Shown here: in pieces, positions 15,528 to 29,779 of the stretch
Position numbering within the stretch: position 1 is the first letter of the stretch
How the letters are laid out: each line of letters begins with the position of its first letter
NCBI GenBank assembly: GCA_964016885.1
Contig: OZ024746.1
Location: 88,722,001-88,786,000, forward strand
Origin: Eledone cirrhosa
Taxonomy: Eukaryota
Direction: 5' to 3'
Length of the DNA: 64,000 nt
The notes under the pieces: model-generated
The model's database searches: none
What the model was told of the DNA's origin: nothing
Seen by the model: only the letters and a program-made list of their open reading frames with translations
Program-made: the position numbers and the translations under genes

Positions 15528-15756
15528 AGTTAAAAGAATAGAGGTGTAACACACAAGTTATTATTATATATTGGTAAACGGAATAGAAAATGATGACAAA
15601 TTGTTCACAGTGAAAAATAGTTTAATTAGGAATAAATGAGAATTAGTAATTGTATTGGTTAGTATTCAGTTTTGGTTTTAAGTTTTACCGGTTGCGCATT
15701 TCTAAATGCTTTTCAAAAATAATTTTGAGATAGAGCGTCCGTGATGTTTGCTCTGA
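15528..15756 (-). mobile_element. Solo fragment of PLE pseudo-LTR family A containing variant HHR (15683-15719)
   Basis: Matches 37988-38185, 40670-40910 and 55177-55415. Confidence 0.8.
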
Positions 15757-16208
15757 TATATATATATGGTTCATAATAAATTGAAGTGAAAGCAACTGGT
15801 GCGTGTGTTTCTCATTGGCAACATGACCCTCCCAAAGTATAACAATGTTAATAATAGTAATAATAATAAATTTGAAGACTTAAATACAAAGATACATATA
15901 TATATATATATACCAAACACATATTCGATAGAAGAATATGTACACAGGTGGAAACATAAGTGAATCCGTATAGCGCTATTTCATACCTGGAGAGTATAGC
16001 TAAAAATAGATCTTTGTAATCGATCATCAAAACTTTTGTGCCAACGCTGTACACCAGAGAGAACATTTTGAAGGCAAGACATAGTGGTCACCATCGATTC
16101 TCCGGAAAGGTATGTGGGTAACTTAAGAATGAACGACGTCTTAATCATTAACTAATATAAACCCCCTATAATAATAGATTTGAAATGGACTAAGTAGTAT
16201 GTAAGTAT

Positions 16209-16395
16209 AACTGTTTCTACTTTAGGAACAAGGCCAGCAATTACCCAGTGCATTACTGGTACTTTATTTTATCGACCCCGTAAGGATGAAAGGCAAAGTC
16301 AACCTCGGCGGGATTTGAACTCAGATCCTAAAGGGACGTAACTATGCTGGAAAGCATGGCGTCCGACCCTTTACCGATACTGCCAATCCACCGCC
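16209..16395 (-). mobile_element. Full-length tRNA-derived SINE
   Basis: Minus strand: ggcggtggattggcagtatcgg (A box), gagttcaaatccc (B box), gcctttcatccttacggggtcgataaaataaagtaccag core. Confidence 0.92.
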
Positions 16396-18973
16396 CTTAA
16401 TAACATTTCCCCGTATGTGAATTTAAGACAGGCAATCCAGTCCAATTAAGGAGGAACATCATTGCTTGCTCGATTTTATTTGAGGCGTTTCCGTTTTACA
16501 TTTGAAATATAATATTGAAAAATACTGGAGAAAAGATAATTAATTATATTTGTCAGCCTACGCTCATTATATATCTATCGAATGGCTTTTTGAACCTTAT
16601 CAATCATTACTGAATATAATCATCGGAGATGTTTGATGTACAGTGCATAAAATAACTGCACATACTATCCGCTGCTATAAAATATCTCATGAAATAAGAT
16701 AAAGACTCCAAGTTGTTTCATAACAACTGACTCTATTTACAGTTACATTCTATATTTGACTATTCTAGATTTATAATATTTGACCTTCGCACACGATGTT
16801 TCTCTATACAGATATAAAATCACACGCACATAGAGGCAAACAGAAACAGCCACACACATACACGCACACACACACGTTACTTCCAATATTCGTCGCTTTC
16901 AGCTAATGTAAATTCAACACTATATACACACTTCCCCTTATAAGGACGAATTCAAGATACTATGTTAACATTAATTTATATAGGAGACATAATTTTCTTT
17001 TCCTTCTTGACCTTTTGTCATAATAGCAAGTTGTAATTAACAGTTCTGTTTAAATGAAAGCTTTCCCTGTAATTAGTTACATAGCTTCACAATTAATTCC
17101 AATGCAACCAACAACAAAATATTTTGAAAAGCTCGTAGTTGATAACTATGCTTGCCCGTTCTGATTGTCAGGTATGAAGACATACAATTTGAAAATTGAA
17201 CAAACAGAATTCCAAGCCGAACAATTGCGGTTACACAGGAAAATGCTCCCCAAAACTATTTTTAATATAAGAAAAACTAAAGCAGATATAGAATGTAATA
17301 CAATGTGCGAATTACAAGAAGAATTACGATAGCCTCTTATATGTAATGTAAAAAGGAGTAGAAGATGAAAATAAAAAAAAAAAGAAAGTATACACATTAC
17401 AACAGACTAAAGCATTTGCATGCATGTGATTGGGTTTATTACTGACGCTGCAACACATGAAATAAAAAAGTATACAAACAAATATATTTATACGGGGGTT
17501 AGAATTTGTTATGTAGATAACCTTGCTGGCGAGTGGAAATGAGAGATTTTGAGCAAAAACATAACTTGAAATATCGCCTTTTAGATTTTTTTCTTAATAT
17601 ACATGACTGCTGGGTTATGAGGACATTTGTATGAATTTACTAAAAGACACACACGTCTTAAAAGAAGAGCCTTATTTCATGATACATATGGCTTCAATTG
17701 TCTTTAGACTTTTCTTGGAGCATTCATTAATGAATCCGTAGTTAACATCGATACCCACTTCATTGCTTCAACTGACACGTTGAAAAGTCCGAATCATTTG
17801 ACCCTTATCTATGTTGCACATTGTGATAGGTATAGCAGAGGTCAATTATGTTATAGTGACACGGGTGTCGTTATGTGACTTAACTCCCGACTAGGCCCCA
17901 TTAATAGTAGTCCAATGGATTTAGGTGTTGAGAGTTAAGGGGCCATATATTTAGGGTGAAACGATTGTGAAGATCGTAGCTCAACCATTGGTGAGTTGTC
18001 AAATGAAACAGTCTTGTTGGTAGGTGCACAATCTTCTCTTACTGATGCTTTCCAGCAAATAAGTCACAGCTTTCTACAACAAATAGTCAGAAGCATTGAC
18101 AAGTAAGTTATGAAGAAAGATGTGAGGAGGCATGACGCATGTCACGTTGTTCACGTACCGCACACCATGTACAGTTAGCAGACACTACTTGTGCACTTCC
18201 TCTGAGGCGTCTTTATACATTTGCTTAACCATATGTCATACATACGGTTGACCTTTTTGTCCTGAGCTAATTATTTCCTTCATTAGAGAAAAATCAATTC
18301 ATTCGAGGCTCTTGATGTTTTAACTTGTTCAAGAAGTTCAGCTCCTTAGCAATATCACTAATTGATTATATGTGTCTTTATTGATAATTCTATTCACCTT
18401 TCTTACAGATAGTATCAGGCGCGATCTGTTACATATGATGCTTTCATTAACATTCAATGCTGCATTCACACCTCCCCTCAGTAATTGTTTATATTAAACG
18501 GAATATTATATTATTTATGATAGTTAGTGACGTCAACAGAATTATGTTGGTGAACACCTTTCAATACATCTGAAAATTAATAATTATCAATGAGATGTGA
18601 AGAAACAGATAATGAGATGTAGATTTGAACAACTCATTACCAATACAACTGAAACATTCCATGATGATTTCTTTGTGAAGTAAAATAGATGAAGCATGTT
18701 TCGATATAGCTTGGTAATTTATTTTCTATACATACAAATAAATGATAGTCAGTCGGCAATTATATAAAATATTCGATATGAAATGACAAAGATATGAAAC
18801 AAAACATCATATACGTTTCCTGTGATGTACTTTGAGGCATCCCTAGAGAACATTAAGATATTCTTAAATTACTTTTGGGATTACATGTGCAGGAAATGAT
18901 TAAAATATATATGGAAGGACCTTCTTATACAGAATCGATTACACTTACATACGCAGAAAGACACACAGACACA

Positions 18974-19016
<43 letters not shown>

Positions 19017-19019
<3 letters not shown>

Positions 19020-19692
19020 GGCTGGCCCCTCGTTATCGAGTATGGCCTTTGAACGATATGCCATTATTAATAATTATTATTTATTCTATCGAGGTTGACT
19101 TTGCCTTTCATCCTTACGGGGTCGAGAAAATAAAGTACCAGTAATGCACTAGAAACAATTAATTAATTCTATCGTGCAATGCCTGTGTGTGAAGATATTT
19201 TTTAAAGTGAGGAAATACTGTGCACTGAGTCAATCCCATTCTCAGAGCGACAGTAGCTATGACGCGAAAAGAAGAAAAGATCAACATCATCGGTAACTAC
19301 TGCGCCGCAGGTTTTATATCGGAGTTATCTCAGTTTCCTAATTTGCCTTCAGCTAGAAGAATGTCCTGAGATAGTGGTTTAACCGTGCGATCGGGTTTCC
19401 AGCGCGACTATTTCTATGTCCCCGCGCATATACATACACATAACCCATGTATATACACATATACATATACATATGTACATGTGTATATATATATTTACAC
19501 ATGGATTGCCGTTGACTCTTATGAGTGCATCCACCCTTTGTCAGGTTTTGTTTTTTATCCTGCAGGGTGCCCAAAATCACCCTCTTCACCAAGTAAACTT
19601 GGTTGGGTTGCCAGGTTAGTCGCCGACGACCCGAACATGCGACAGGTTGTACTGGGTTACATGTTACCAGTAGCACACAAGAGTGCCCCGAC
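19017..19692. repeat. Interspersed repeat family E in (TA)n, carrying a 5'-truncated SINE at ~19090-19157
   Basis: Reverse-complement homologue at 53243-53702 lacks the SINE piece. Confidence 0.8.
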
Positions 19693-19708
19693 ATTTATAT
19701 ATACATAT

Positions 19709-19799
<91 letters not shown>

Positions 19800-19873
19800 A
19801 TTATTGTAGTACAATAAAGCAATGCAGATATCGGATAAGAAGCACTCTACAGTTTGTGGGACTGGAGTATACA

Positions 19874-21509
<1,636 letters not shown>

Positions 21510-21515
<6 letters not shown>

Positions 21516-21930
21516 TAACAGATTAATGTTTAAGCAAAGAATCGCTGCTTTCACCCTTAACGGGATCTTCTGAAACTAACAAAGTCAATCTGTAAACGCA
21601 GAAGTGGATATTTCAAAACACGGTGCAACCGGAGGAAGACAGGAAGACGATACTTTGGTACGTGGAAACGTTCCCTGGCAAAGAACGGGAAAAAACCGAA
21701 TATAATACGTCATTAATAGGAGCTGTGAAAAACAATTACGCGCAAAGACAGAACCACGTTAATGGTATAAAAGAGGTCGTAGACTAATGTTCTCTTAGGT
21801 GGTTCATAGAGACGTTCTCTGGCAATGAACGAAAAAAAACGAAGATAATACGTCATATGTGGATCGTGGTAAACAATTGCAAAGACAAAACCACGTAAAT
21901 GGTATAGCTGAAGTCGTAGACTAAAATTCT
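21510..21930 (-). mobile_element. Repeat family B (probable PLE pseudo-LTR) with an internal ~140-bp tandem duplication
   Basis: Homologues at 40985-41363, 47055-47145, 47675-47820, 55968-56130, 59787-59855 and 60330-60465. Confidence 0.75.
21528..21576 (-). ncRNA. Type I hammerhead-like motif with CAGAAGA core
   Basis: Minus strand: gttt-CAGAAGA-tccc-gttaa-gggt-GAAA-gca-gcgattctt-tgc-TT-aaac. Confidence 0.62.
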
Positions 21931-22394
21931 AACTAGGAAACCGAATGAATCTCCGCTTCCCAGTTAAGAATAAAGTAAATAAAATACAATACAGTGGTAA
22001 TAGAAATTAAATAAATACATACACGCATGCAAATACGTACATACACGAGAATATGCGAAAACACTTGCCATGGGTATACAAAACCACACTCATATAAAAA
22101 TGTGTGTGTATACAAATAAATAAATAATTAAATAAACGTATATAAATAAATAAATACGTCTATGACAAGCGCACACACATACCTACATGTACATACACAA
22201 ATGTTCGGAGACGTAAGTCAACCAAAATATGAAGTACACATATACAGATACCCTACATACGTACGAACCTGCATATTCACACAGACGCAAAACTGACGTA
22301 TACACATAACCAAACCATATGTACCAGAATATATAAAAAAATTATACGCCATAACATATACAATCAAATATACGTACGAGAAAGTATACGTTAC

Positions 22395-23050
22395 TTCACA
22401 AAACATACAGGTAATAGAATGAAGATTAACATGGTTGGCTGTACAATAAGGGCTTTATTTAAAGTACTGACAATTGTTTCGTTGATTATGTGGGTCTAGA
22501 GTTCGCTAATCGCTTGATCGTGCGTTATTCGATCTCCAATACATTATTCACCTACGGTCAACACCTCAGAGTACGTAGATATGAAAATAATTCACTCGAG
22601 GCAAGACTTATATAGATAAATAGCATATAATTAAAATAATAACATCATTAATAAAATAGCGTATAATCTAAACAATAACATCAGTAATAATACATGTATG
22701 GTAAATAGGTAGGGAAGTTACAGATGTAAAAATAAAAGTAGAATAAAAGATAGGGTACATAAACAAGTAAGAAAATGAGAGAATGGAAAATATAAAGATA
22801 TGAATAAATAAGTGAGAGCGTGTAAGTACATAGTAATAGTTTTTGAGTAAGTGTTTTTATAAGGATTCGCTGGTGGGAAACTAGATTTGAGATGTACATA
22901 GATACGTGTAGAGGCTCCGATAAAAGAGACAATGAATGGGTGATTATTTGCTGATATATGTATGATATTTATGGGCTAGCGATGACGGGACACTTGATAA
23001 ACGCTTGTTGTAAATGTTTTGCTGATTGTTCTATCTTAATGGGGTTGATG
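22395..23050 (-). mobile_element. PLE 3' end / pseudo-LTR family C
   Basis: 22417-22580 is homologous to 25035-25198 and contains an HHR. Confidence 0.65.
22464..22574 (-). ncRNA. Type I hammerhead with CUGAGGU core and ~85-nt stem II
   Basis: Minus strand: gtact-CTGAGGT-gttga...tcaac-GAAA-caattg-TC-agtac. Confidence 0.72.
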
Positions 23051-23576
23051 TTGTTTCAGGAAGAGAGGGTGAAAGAAATGTTCAGAGATTTGTGATCCAG
23101 TGACCAGTTGGCCGTTTGAAAGTGAGAGAGTGACACGGGCAACCAAAAGGGAGGAAAAGGGAAAGGGAGATAATCCAGAAGGGTTTTTTTTACGACGCCC
23201 CTTTCCCTTCTCCTCCCTATTGGTTGCCCGTGTCTCTCTCTCACTTTCTCCTGTCTATACGAGAGACAGCATGGTTATACCAGCTCTGAGTCGTAGCTGA
23301 CCACCAGGCTAAAGTCTCCCAGGTTGGCCACAACTTACTTTCCCTATTTTTCCACGGATACTTTTTTGCATGTTTCTTTTACCTGTGTCTTCCAACGAAT
23401 GGAACGTGTACGCTTTTTTTCTTCCATTCCGTTCCTATTTACCCCTCTCCCTCTCACCTCATGTTTTCCTCCATTCCCTCTCTTTCCTTTTCTCTCTCAT
23501 TTTGTTCTCTCTTTTTCTCTCTTCTTTTCCACCTGGCCTTTTGATTAACAAAAGGCCTCGGGCGCCCCTGAACTAC

Positions 23577-23640
23577 ACCAATGTCCTGTAATTCAGCGCC
23601 GAAACATCGGTTCGGGATACATTTACAGCTGACGATGGAC
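23577..23640 (+). ncRNA. Hammerhead core elements in non-standard strand order (copy 1)
   Basis: accaatg-TC-ctgtaa-ttcagc-gcc-GAAA-catcggt-tcgggatacat-ttacag-CTGACGA-tgg. Confidence 0.5.
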
Positions 23641-24343
23641 ACTCCTTTCTTCCTTTCTCCTCCTGTTCCGGCCTAACCACCATCCTACCTTGTTTTTAGT
23701 AACCACACAGCTCCTTTGGTTTCATAACTTTTTGTATTTACCTCTGTCACCCTACCTGCTTTGGTCGATATGTGTACCCTCCACACTTTCGCATCGACCC
23801 TCTCCTCTCCCTTGATTTTTCCTCTCTCCCTCTCTCTCTCACTATCTATCCGTTTGGTTTTGATTGTTGACAAGTTTACAAGTGCCGTGGTGGCCTTTCT
23901 ATCCGCAAACTTTACGGCTAGTTTTTACCACCGTCGTAAAAAGATCCTTCTGGATTATCTCCCTTTCCATTCTCCTCCCTTTTGGTTGTCCGTGTCTCTC
24001 TCTCACTTTCTCCTGTCTATACGAGAGACAGCATGGTTATACCAGCTCTGAGTCGTAGCTGACCGCTAGGCTATTGAATCCCAGGTTAGCAAACAACTTA
24101 GTTTCCCTATTTTTCCACGGTTACTTTTTTGCATGTTTCTTTCACCTGTGTCTTCCCAGGATGGGATCTGCACACTTTTTTCTTCCATTCCTTTCCTATT
24201 TTTCCCCCTCTCCCTCATCCCCCCCCCCCTGTTTTCCTCCATTCCCTCTCTTTCTTTGTGTCTCTCCTTTTGCTCTCTGTTTTTCTCTCTCCTTTTCCAC
24301 CTCACTTTTGATTAATAAAAGGCCTCAGGCGCGCCCGAACTAC

Positions 24344-24405
24344 ACCGATGTTCTGTAATTCAGCGCCGAAACATAGGTTCGGGATACATTTACAGCTGAC
24401 GATGG
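24344..24405 (+). ncRNA. Hammerhead core elements in non-standard strand order (copy 2)
   Basis: accgatg-TT-ctgtaa-ttcagc-gcc-GAAA-cataggt-tcgggatacat-ttacag-CTGACGA-tgg. Confidence 0.5.
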
Positions 24406-24817
24406 AAAATCCTTTCTTCCTCTCTCCTCCTGTTCCGTCCTAACAACCATCCTAAATCTTATATATATATATATATAAAACATGAGTAGAAAGAAGAATA
24501 CTGCGTGGTTGCACATGGTTTACATATGATAAAAATAGTCCTTCGTCAGTGATGTTCCGACCATCATTGGTATTGCATCGCATTAAAAATCATATACCTC
24601 AGGTTGGTGCGAGCAATAACTAAAAAGTGTTATTGGGACCAGTAAATCGCGTAAAGCGAGAGGGACAAGTAAACAACATAGAAGGATAAAAGCAAACCAA
24701 AGATATGAAAATAAACAAGCAACATGGTTGTCCGGTCAGTATAAGCTGGGTGGATTTCATGAGCGTGAGAGGTACAGACCATCTGACGTGAGTGAGATGT
24801 AAGCAGGAAGAGACCCC

Positions 24818-24863
<46 letters not shown>

Positions 24864-24866
<3 letters not shown>

Positions 24867-25300
24867 GATAACAAAATATCGTTATAGGTTATCCATTTAG
24901 AGGTTGTGAGTACTCTGCGTCGTGGATAGTTTTAACGTACGGCTTTGTTTGACTCAACAAGATGTTTCCATAATTATGTATCGTATTCTCGTTATTTCCT
25001 ATGCAGGTTATATTTGGAATAATAATAGGGAAATAATGAAGAGTAACATAGTTGGCTGTACAATAAGGGGTTTTATTTCCAGTACTGACAATTGTTTCAT
25101 TGATCAGGTGAGTCTAGAGGTCGCTAAACGCTTGAAGTTGCGTCACTCGATCTCCAATACATTATTTACCTCTGATCAACACATCAGAGTACGTAGATAT
25201 ATATGTACTCTGAGGTGTTGCTCAGAGGTAAATAATGTATTGGAGATCGAGAGACGCAACTTCAAGCGATTAACGACGTCTAGACTCATATGATCAATGA
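24864..25300 (-). mobile_element. PLE pseudo-LTR family C with fold-back (arms ~25098-25192 and 25204-25300)
   Basis: Inverted duplication centred at ~25198; HHR at 25082-25192 on minus: gtact-CTGATGT-gttgat...atcaat-GAAA-caattg-TC-agtac. Confidence 0.8.
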
Positions 25301-25760
25301 TTTTGTCTCGAACATGGTCTAATGCTGCGCTATATGAGCTCAGAATGTGTTCCACTGTTATTGAGGTATAATAATTTTGTATATCAAATTGGATAAATCC
25401 CGTGTTGTCCTTATTAGTGATAGCTTGGAACCAGGATATGACCCATTTATGTTAGATCATAAGTTGACCTTTGTTCGTTACTTCACTCGTGGTAGGATTT
25501 TAATTATGTTCCTTTTACTGATCCTCCCTATGTCAGTCTTCGTTGGGTTAAGGAACTTGATGATAATTGTGAAGGTGACGCACGGTTTATTGTCATTGAG
25601 GGTGAAATAATGAAGGTTTTGGGTCGTGATGTTCAGGTCGATCAGTGATGTGGAGGCCTGAATTGGTTTAGCGTCCCCCAGCATTCATCTCTTAGATCAT
25701 ACGTGGTTTAGACTTTCTTTATGAGAAGGAGAGGCAGTTTTTAATCAGAGAATGGTATCT
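25301..25760 (-). pseudogene. Penelope-like reverse transcriptase N-terminal fragment
   Basis: YFTLNDNKP...FLNPTKTDIGRISK, then WFQAITNKDNTGFIQFDIQNY, matching PLE RT motifs (TLKDHK, LINP.KS.IG.ISK, FIQFDI..FYPSI); frameshifted. Confidence 0.82.
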
Positions 25761-28627
25761 ATATTGGTGGCTAAATTTTAAGTTCGTGGTTGTATCGGAG
25801 TGCACCTCCTACAAAACCATCCCTAGAATAACATATTTAACAGAAACACAGTCAATTTTTCTTACAACAACACTCCCAACTTCGCAAAATTCATCGCCTT
25901 CTCCAACACTATATTAGCAGCTGTGTTTTAATATTATCTTGAATATAGTTATTATGCATGCAATTTCAAATATGAACTATCAAATCCTCATTCGAATTAT
26001 GTTTGTTGGAAAATAATGAGATAGAGGCATTTCCTGTAGGCTGAAGTGGTATAATTGCTTCGTAATTCCGTACGTAGACATAGATTAAGGCTCCTCTTGA
26101 TTTCTCTGTGAAACAAACATTTCATTATTATTTTCTAAAATTAATCCACATTAACGATGACATATATGTATTTGTCAATATGATCAGGCCATGAAACATC
26201 GTTCGAAAGCTTCAGACGTTAATCGTATTGCTTTGGAAGATAATACACACTGTTTAAGTCATAAATATTAAGATATTTACTAATTAGATGTGCAGTGAAC
26301 ATTGCACGATATATGGTAATCTAATTGACATACACACATATATTTATGTCGCTATATAGAGCAATTTGTTAAATATTCCTGATTGGAAGGTTGGATATAA
26401 ATATAAAACTCATGAGAAGACAATATTCAAATTCTTTGGTGTACATACTTTGTACAAGGGAGTGACGATGAGTTGCAAAGAAATATATATCATCCATCAT
26501 ACACTAAATATAGTATTGAAGGAACGTAATGTAACACTGAGAGATATTTTCGAAAACATTTTAAGCTGTCTTGAGCTTTACAATTGATTCAACCTGATTT
26601 GGGGCTGCTGAGTTCAGATATTCTCTCAGAAACTTTCCATCACCTCAATTGTTGTCTTTTCATGAACAGGGATTCATGTTTCAGAAAAATATCATTTTAT
26701 CTTTTCAATTCAACAGTTAAACGCCAAACCATCGCAAATAAAATACTACTTTTATATTGTTTACCAAATATAATACAAATATATGATTACACAACGTAGG
26801 ATAGATATGTCTGTCAGTGGGGAGTCTCAACTATTCCAGCAAGGAACCTTCCCGTTGCTGCTTTGCAAATTCAATGATTTTCATCGCAGCTGTCTCTTTG
26901 CAGACACTAGTAGTAGTTAGGCATCACGTGTGTGTGCCACCTCTCTTGTTACCTAGACTCCATCGTCCGGATGTCTTTGTGGAATCTTTTTCGTTGCATA
27001 TCAGAAAAGTTGTAGTTTTATATATTTTCAATGACGTTGGAAAAATCTATTTACAAAGTCACGTCAAATTCATACATGTCTCTACATCCTTAGACATGGT
27101 GAAAATACAGTTAATGGTGAATAATGGACATATGAGTTTGGGAAAAATCTTGAGGTGATAGAGCAAAACGGAATTCATTTCTGAATTCACCACCATGAAA
27201 TTACTAGGAAGTATGTCATCAACACCGGACAGCAAAAGAAAACTATGTTCTCCAGTGTAATCAAAGTGTTAAATTTACATGATTTAATTACATGCGTAAT
27301 ATAGCGATTACTAATGAACTATGAATTCTACAATTCACCCATAATATCAACAAGTGAATATCCTGGCAAGTGAATTGAAAATAATAACAAAAGAAATCTA
27401 ATCTAAACAAATTAAAACCCAAATATATAAGGGAGATTACAGAAATTAAATCAGTTGTTAAATATTTGTTTAAATATTGACAATTGTAAAAAGATATTAA
27501 AAGCCAACTAGTGAATATTGTCATTTTATTTCCTTCTTATGAGACAGGTGCACCACTTCAGTGATGTATATCCTACTGTGTTTGCAGGAAATAAGATCAG
27601 TGCATAATAGAGGTACATTAATGATGTGTTATATGAACATCAATAAACTGGTTGAGTGAAATAGCAGAGAGACTAATATATACACATACAAATAAAATAG
27701 TTCATGTATATATAATAATATAGATATTAGAATATATTCGATTAACTGTCATCATTCATGCACATTCCGTTTTGTTTCAATTTACTTTGATAGTATGATG
27801 ACGGTAGAAAACAATAGACATGAACTGGATAAGGTTTCAAGAGTCATGCTTCAAATTTGAAAGTTTTAGAAAATGTTGTTTTTTTTAAATCTGGCTGATA
27901 CTCTTGCCAAACTCTGAACGTGTTCGCTATTATATATTAGTCTTGCTTTTCTCACCCCTTCAAGATACAAGAGAAAAAGCAAACATTCTGTATGCGTTGT
28001 TCAGTAATGTCAGGGTAAATTATTATTTGTTATAATTAACGTCATCTTACATTTACCGTGAATTATGACATTCACTGAATTTAACTACACATACATGCAC
28101 TGAATATTAATGAGTGATTCTAATTCTGCATGTCTGTCAGTCCACAAACATTTTAATAATTAATATAACTACATCTAATTTATATAACACACTCAATTAG
28201 CTTGTCATTCAGCCTTCTCTCAGCATATACATTATATACATGCAGCAAGGTTCCTCCTTCTATAAGTTTAGCTATATGTCAACTGAATATTTGATCAATA
28301 TTTATCTATATACGAGTAGTTTTTGTGGACAATACATTACGTACAATATTCTACAAGTCATGGGAATTGCTACTTATTTTTTATAGCCCGATATGGAAAT
28401 ATATACATGGACATTGAATATAAATGTTTACCATATATTAATTCCATATGAATATATTTTATATTCACACATGCTTAATTTCGTTGATAATAATAATAAT
28501 ACTAATAGTAATAATAATATATATAGCCAGGGTTGTAGCGCGAAGTCGGTACACCCAGGTGAGTAACACTCGATGATTAGGTTCACATCTCTAACGAGGT
28601 GTAGAGCTAGACGGAGCTTAAAGGAAT

Positions 28628-28918
28628 AATAATACAAGGACGTCTGGTTAAACCTCCATTAAGTTTATTTGTTGGTGACGCGCGTTGCGCTATTGATCAG
28701 CTCGATCTGAATTGATCTGGTCCGACTCAGGAATAAACACCTCCTCTGACTCTGATCTAGTAATGACAGAATGCATTCATTTCTATCATTACTACAATCG
28801 ATGTCCGACAAGCTTTTGATTCCAGAGTTGTTCCAAATCGATACAGAGCGAATCTTGAGCCGATCAATAGCGAAACGCGCTAATAAACGAGATGAACGCT
28901 TAACCATTAGGCCTCGTA

Positions 28919-28922
<4 letters not shown>
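28628..28922. repeat. Diverged inverted repeat carrying HHR 3'-half-like sequence, within a TA-flanked insert (28525-28925)
   Basis: cgcgttgcgctattgatcagctc (28681-28703) vs gagccgatcaatagcgaaacgcg (28857-28879). Confidence 0.6.
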
Positions 28923-28968
<46 letters not shown>

Positions 28969-29001
28969 TAAATGGAAAATATCTTTAAAAAACCATATTT
29001 A

Positions 29002-29058
29002 TTTTATTATACGTATTTCAAGGGTACTAATATTTTAGTACGATTTCGTCCGATAAAA
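29002..29058 (-). ncRNA. Minimal type I hammerhead, one core change (CGGACGA)
   Basis: Minus strand: ttttat-CGGACGA-aatcgtactaa-a-atattagtaccctt-GAAA-tacgta-TA-ataaaa; same family as 63765-63821. Confidence 0.7.
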
Positions 29059-29779
29059 TAGAATAATTGGTGTAAAGATAGTGACATATCTTCATGTGAA
29101 CTTCATGTTATAAGTTCATTGAAGATAGTGAATATAATTTTTCAAATCTCAGTTGAAAATATGCTAATGACTATAACGGCAAAACTGAAAAGGACCGTTT
29201 AGTTTAACGCTAGATAGATTTTAAATATTTAACTAATTTAAAAAATAAAAGGGTTTGCTATTAAATTTGAGAAAAATATTGTAATGTTAATTTAGGTTTA
29301 TTTATAGAAATGTGCATATATACACCCAAACATGGGTATAGAAAAATGGTATAATTTATTTATTTATTTATTTTATTTTATAATATATTTTAAGATTATG
29401 TAAGTATTTATAATATTTAGGTGAGAATTATAAAGTAATGTATTAAATTGAGAACTACTAATTTATTAAAGCAATTACAACAATATATTATGTGAACAAT
29501 AGCCTGTATTTAGATATGATTGGATATATTTTAATATTATGATGAGTGCAATTATAAATATAATTTATTGTAGTATAAGGCATTATTAGTACATAAATAT
29601 TATTTAAGTATATATATAGATATCGAATTATGAAAGAGCGTAAGATATATCAAGCATTTTTATATATACCTTAAGAATGTGAAAATAATTATATTTTTTT
29701 AAGTGATATAGTATTTATGTATTACAGGCTTATCCATCGCTACAAGAAATGCCTATGAGCTGTCCTAGTAGGTGATTGA

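Larger units (their letters stand above)
23117..24455 (+). mobile_element. Pyrimidine-rich partial tandem repeat (period 767 bp) with an inverted 5' tip; PLE pLTR/retrozyme-like
   Basis: ~23200-23690 repeats at ~23965-24455; 23117-23197 is the reverse complement of ~23932-24010; no coding capacity seen. Confidence 0.8.

Noticed and set aside
15960-16036. Minus-strand GAAA-tagcgcta-TA palindromic stem III
   Set aside because: No matching stem I or stem II with the upstream TTGATGA
24505-24555. Minus-strand CTGACGA-aggac motif
   Set aside because: The 3' half (gtcc-GAAA) is not recognisable; at most a decayed relic
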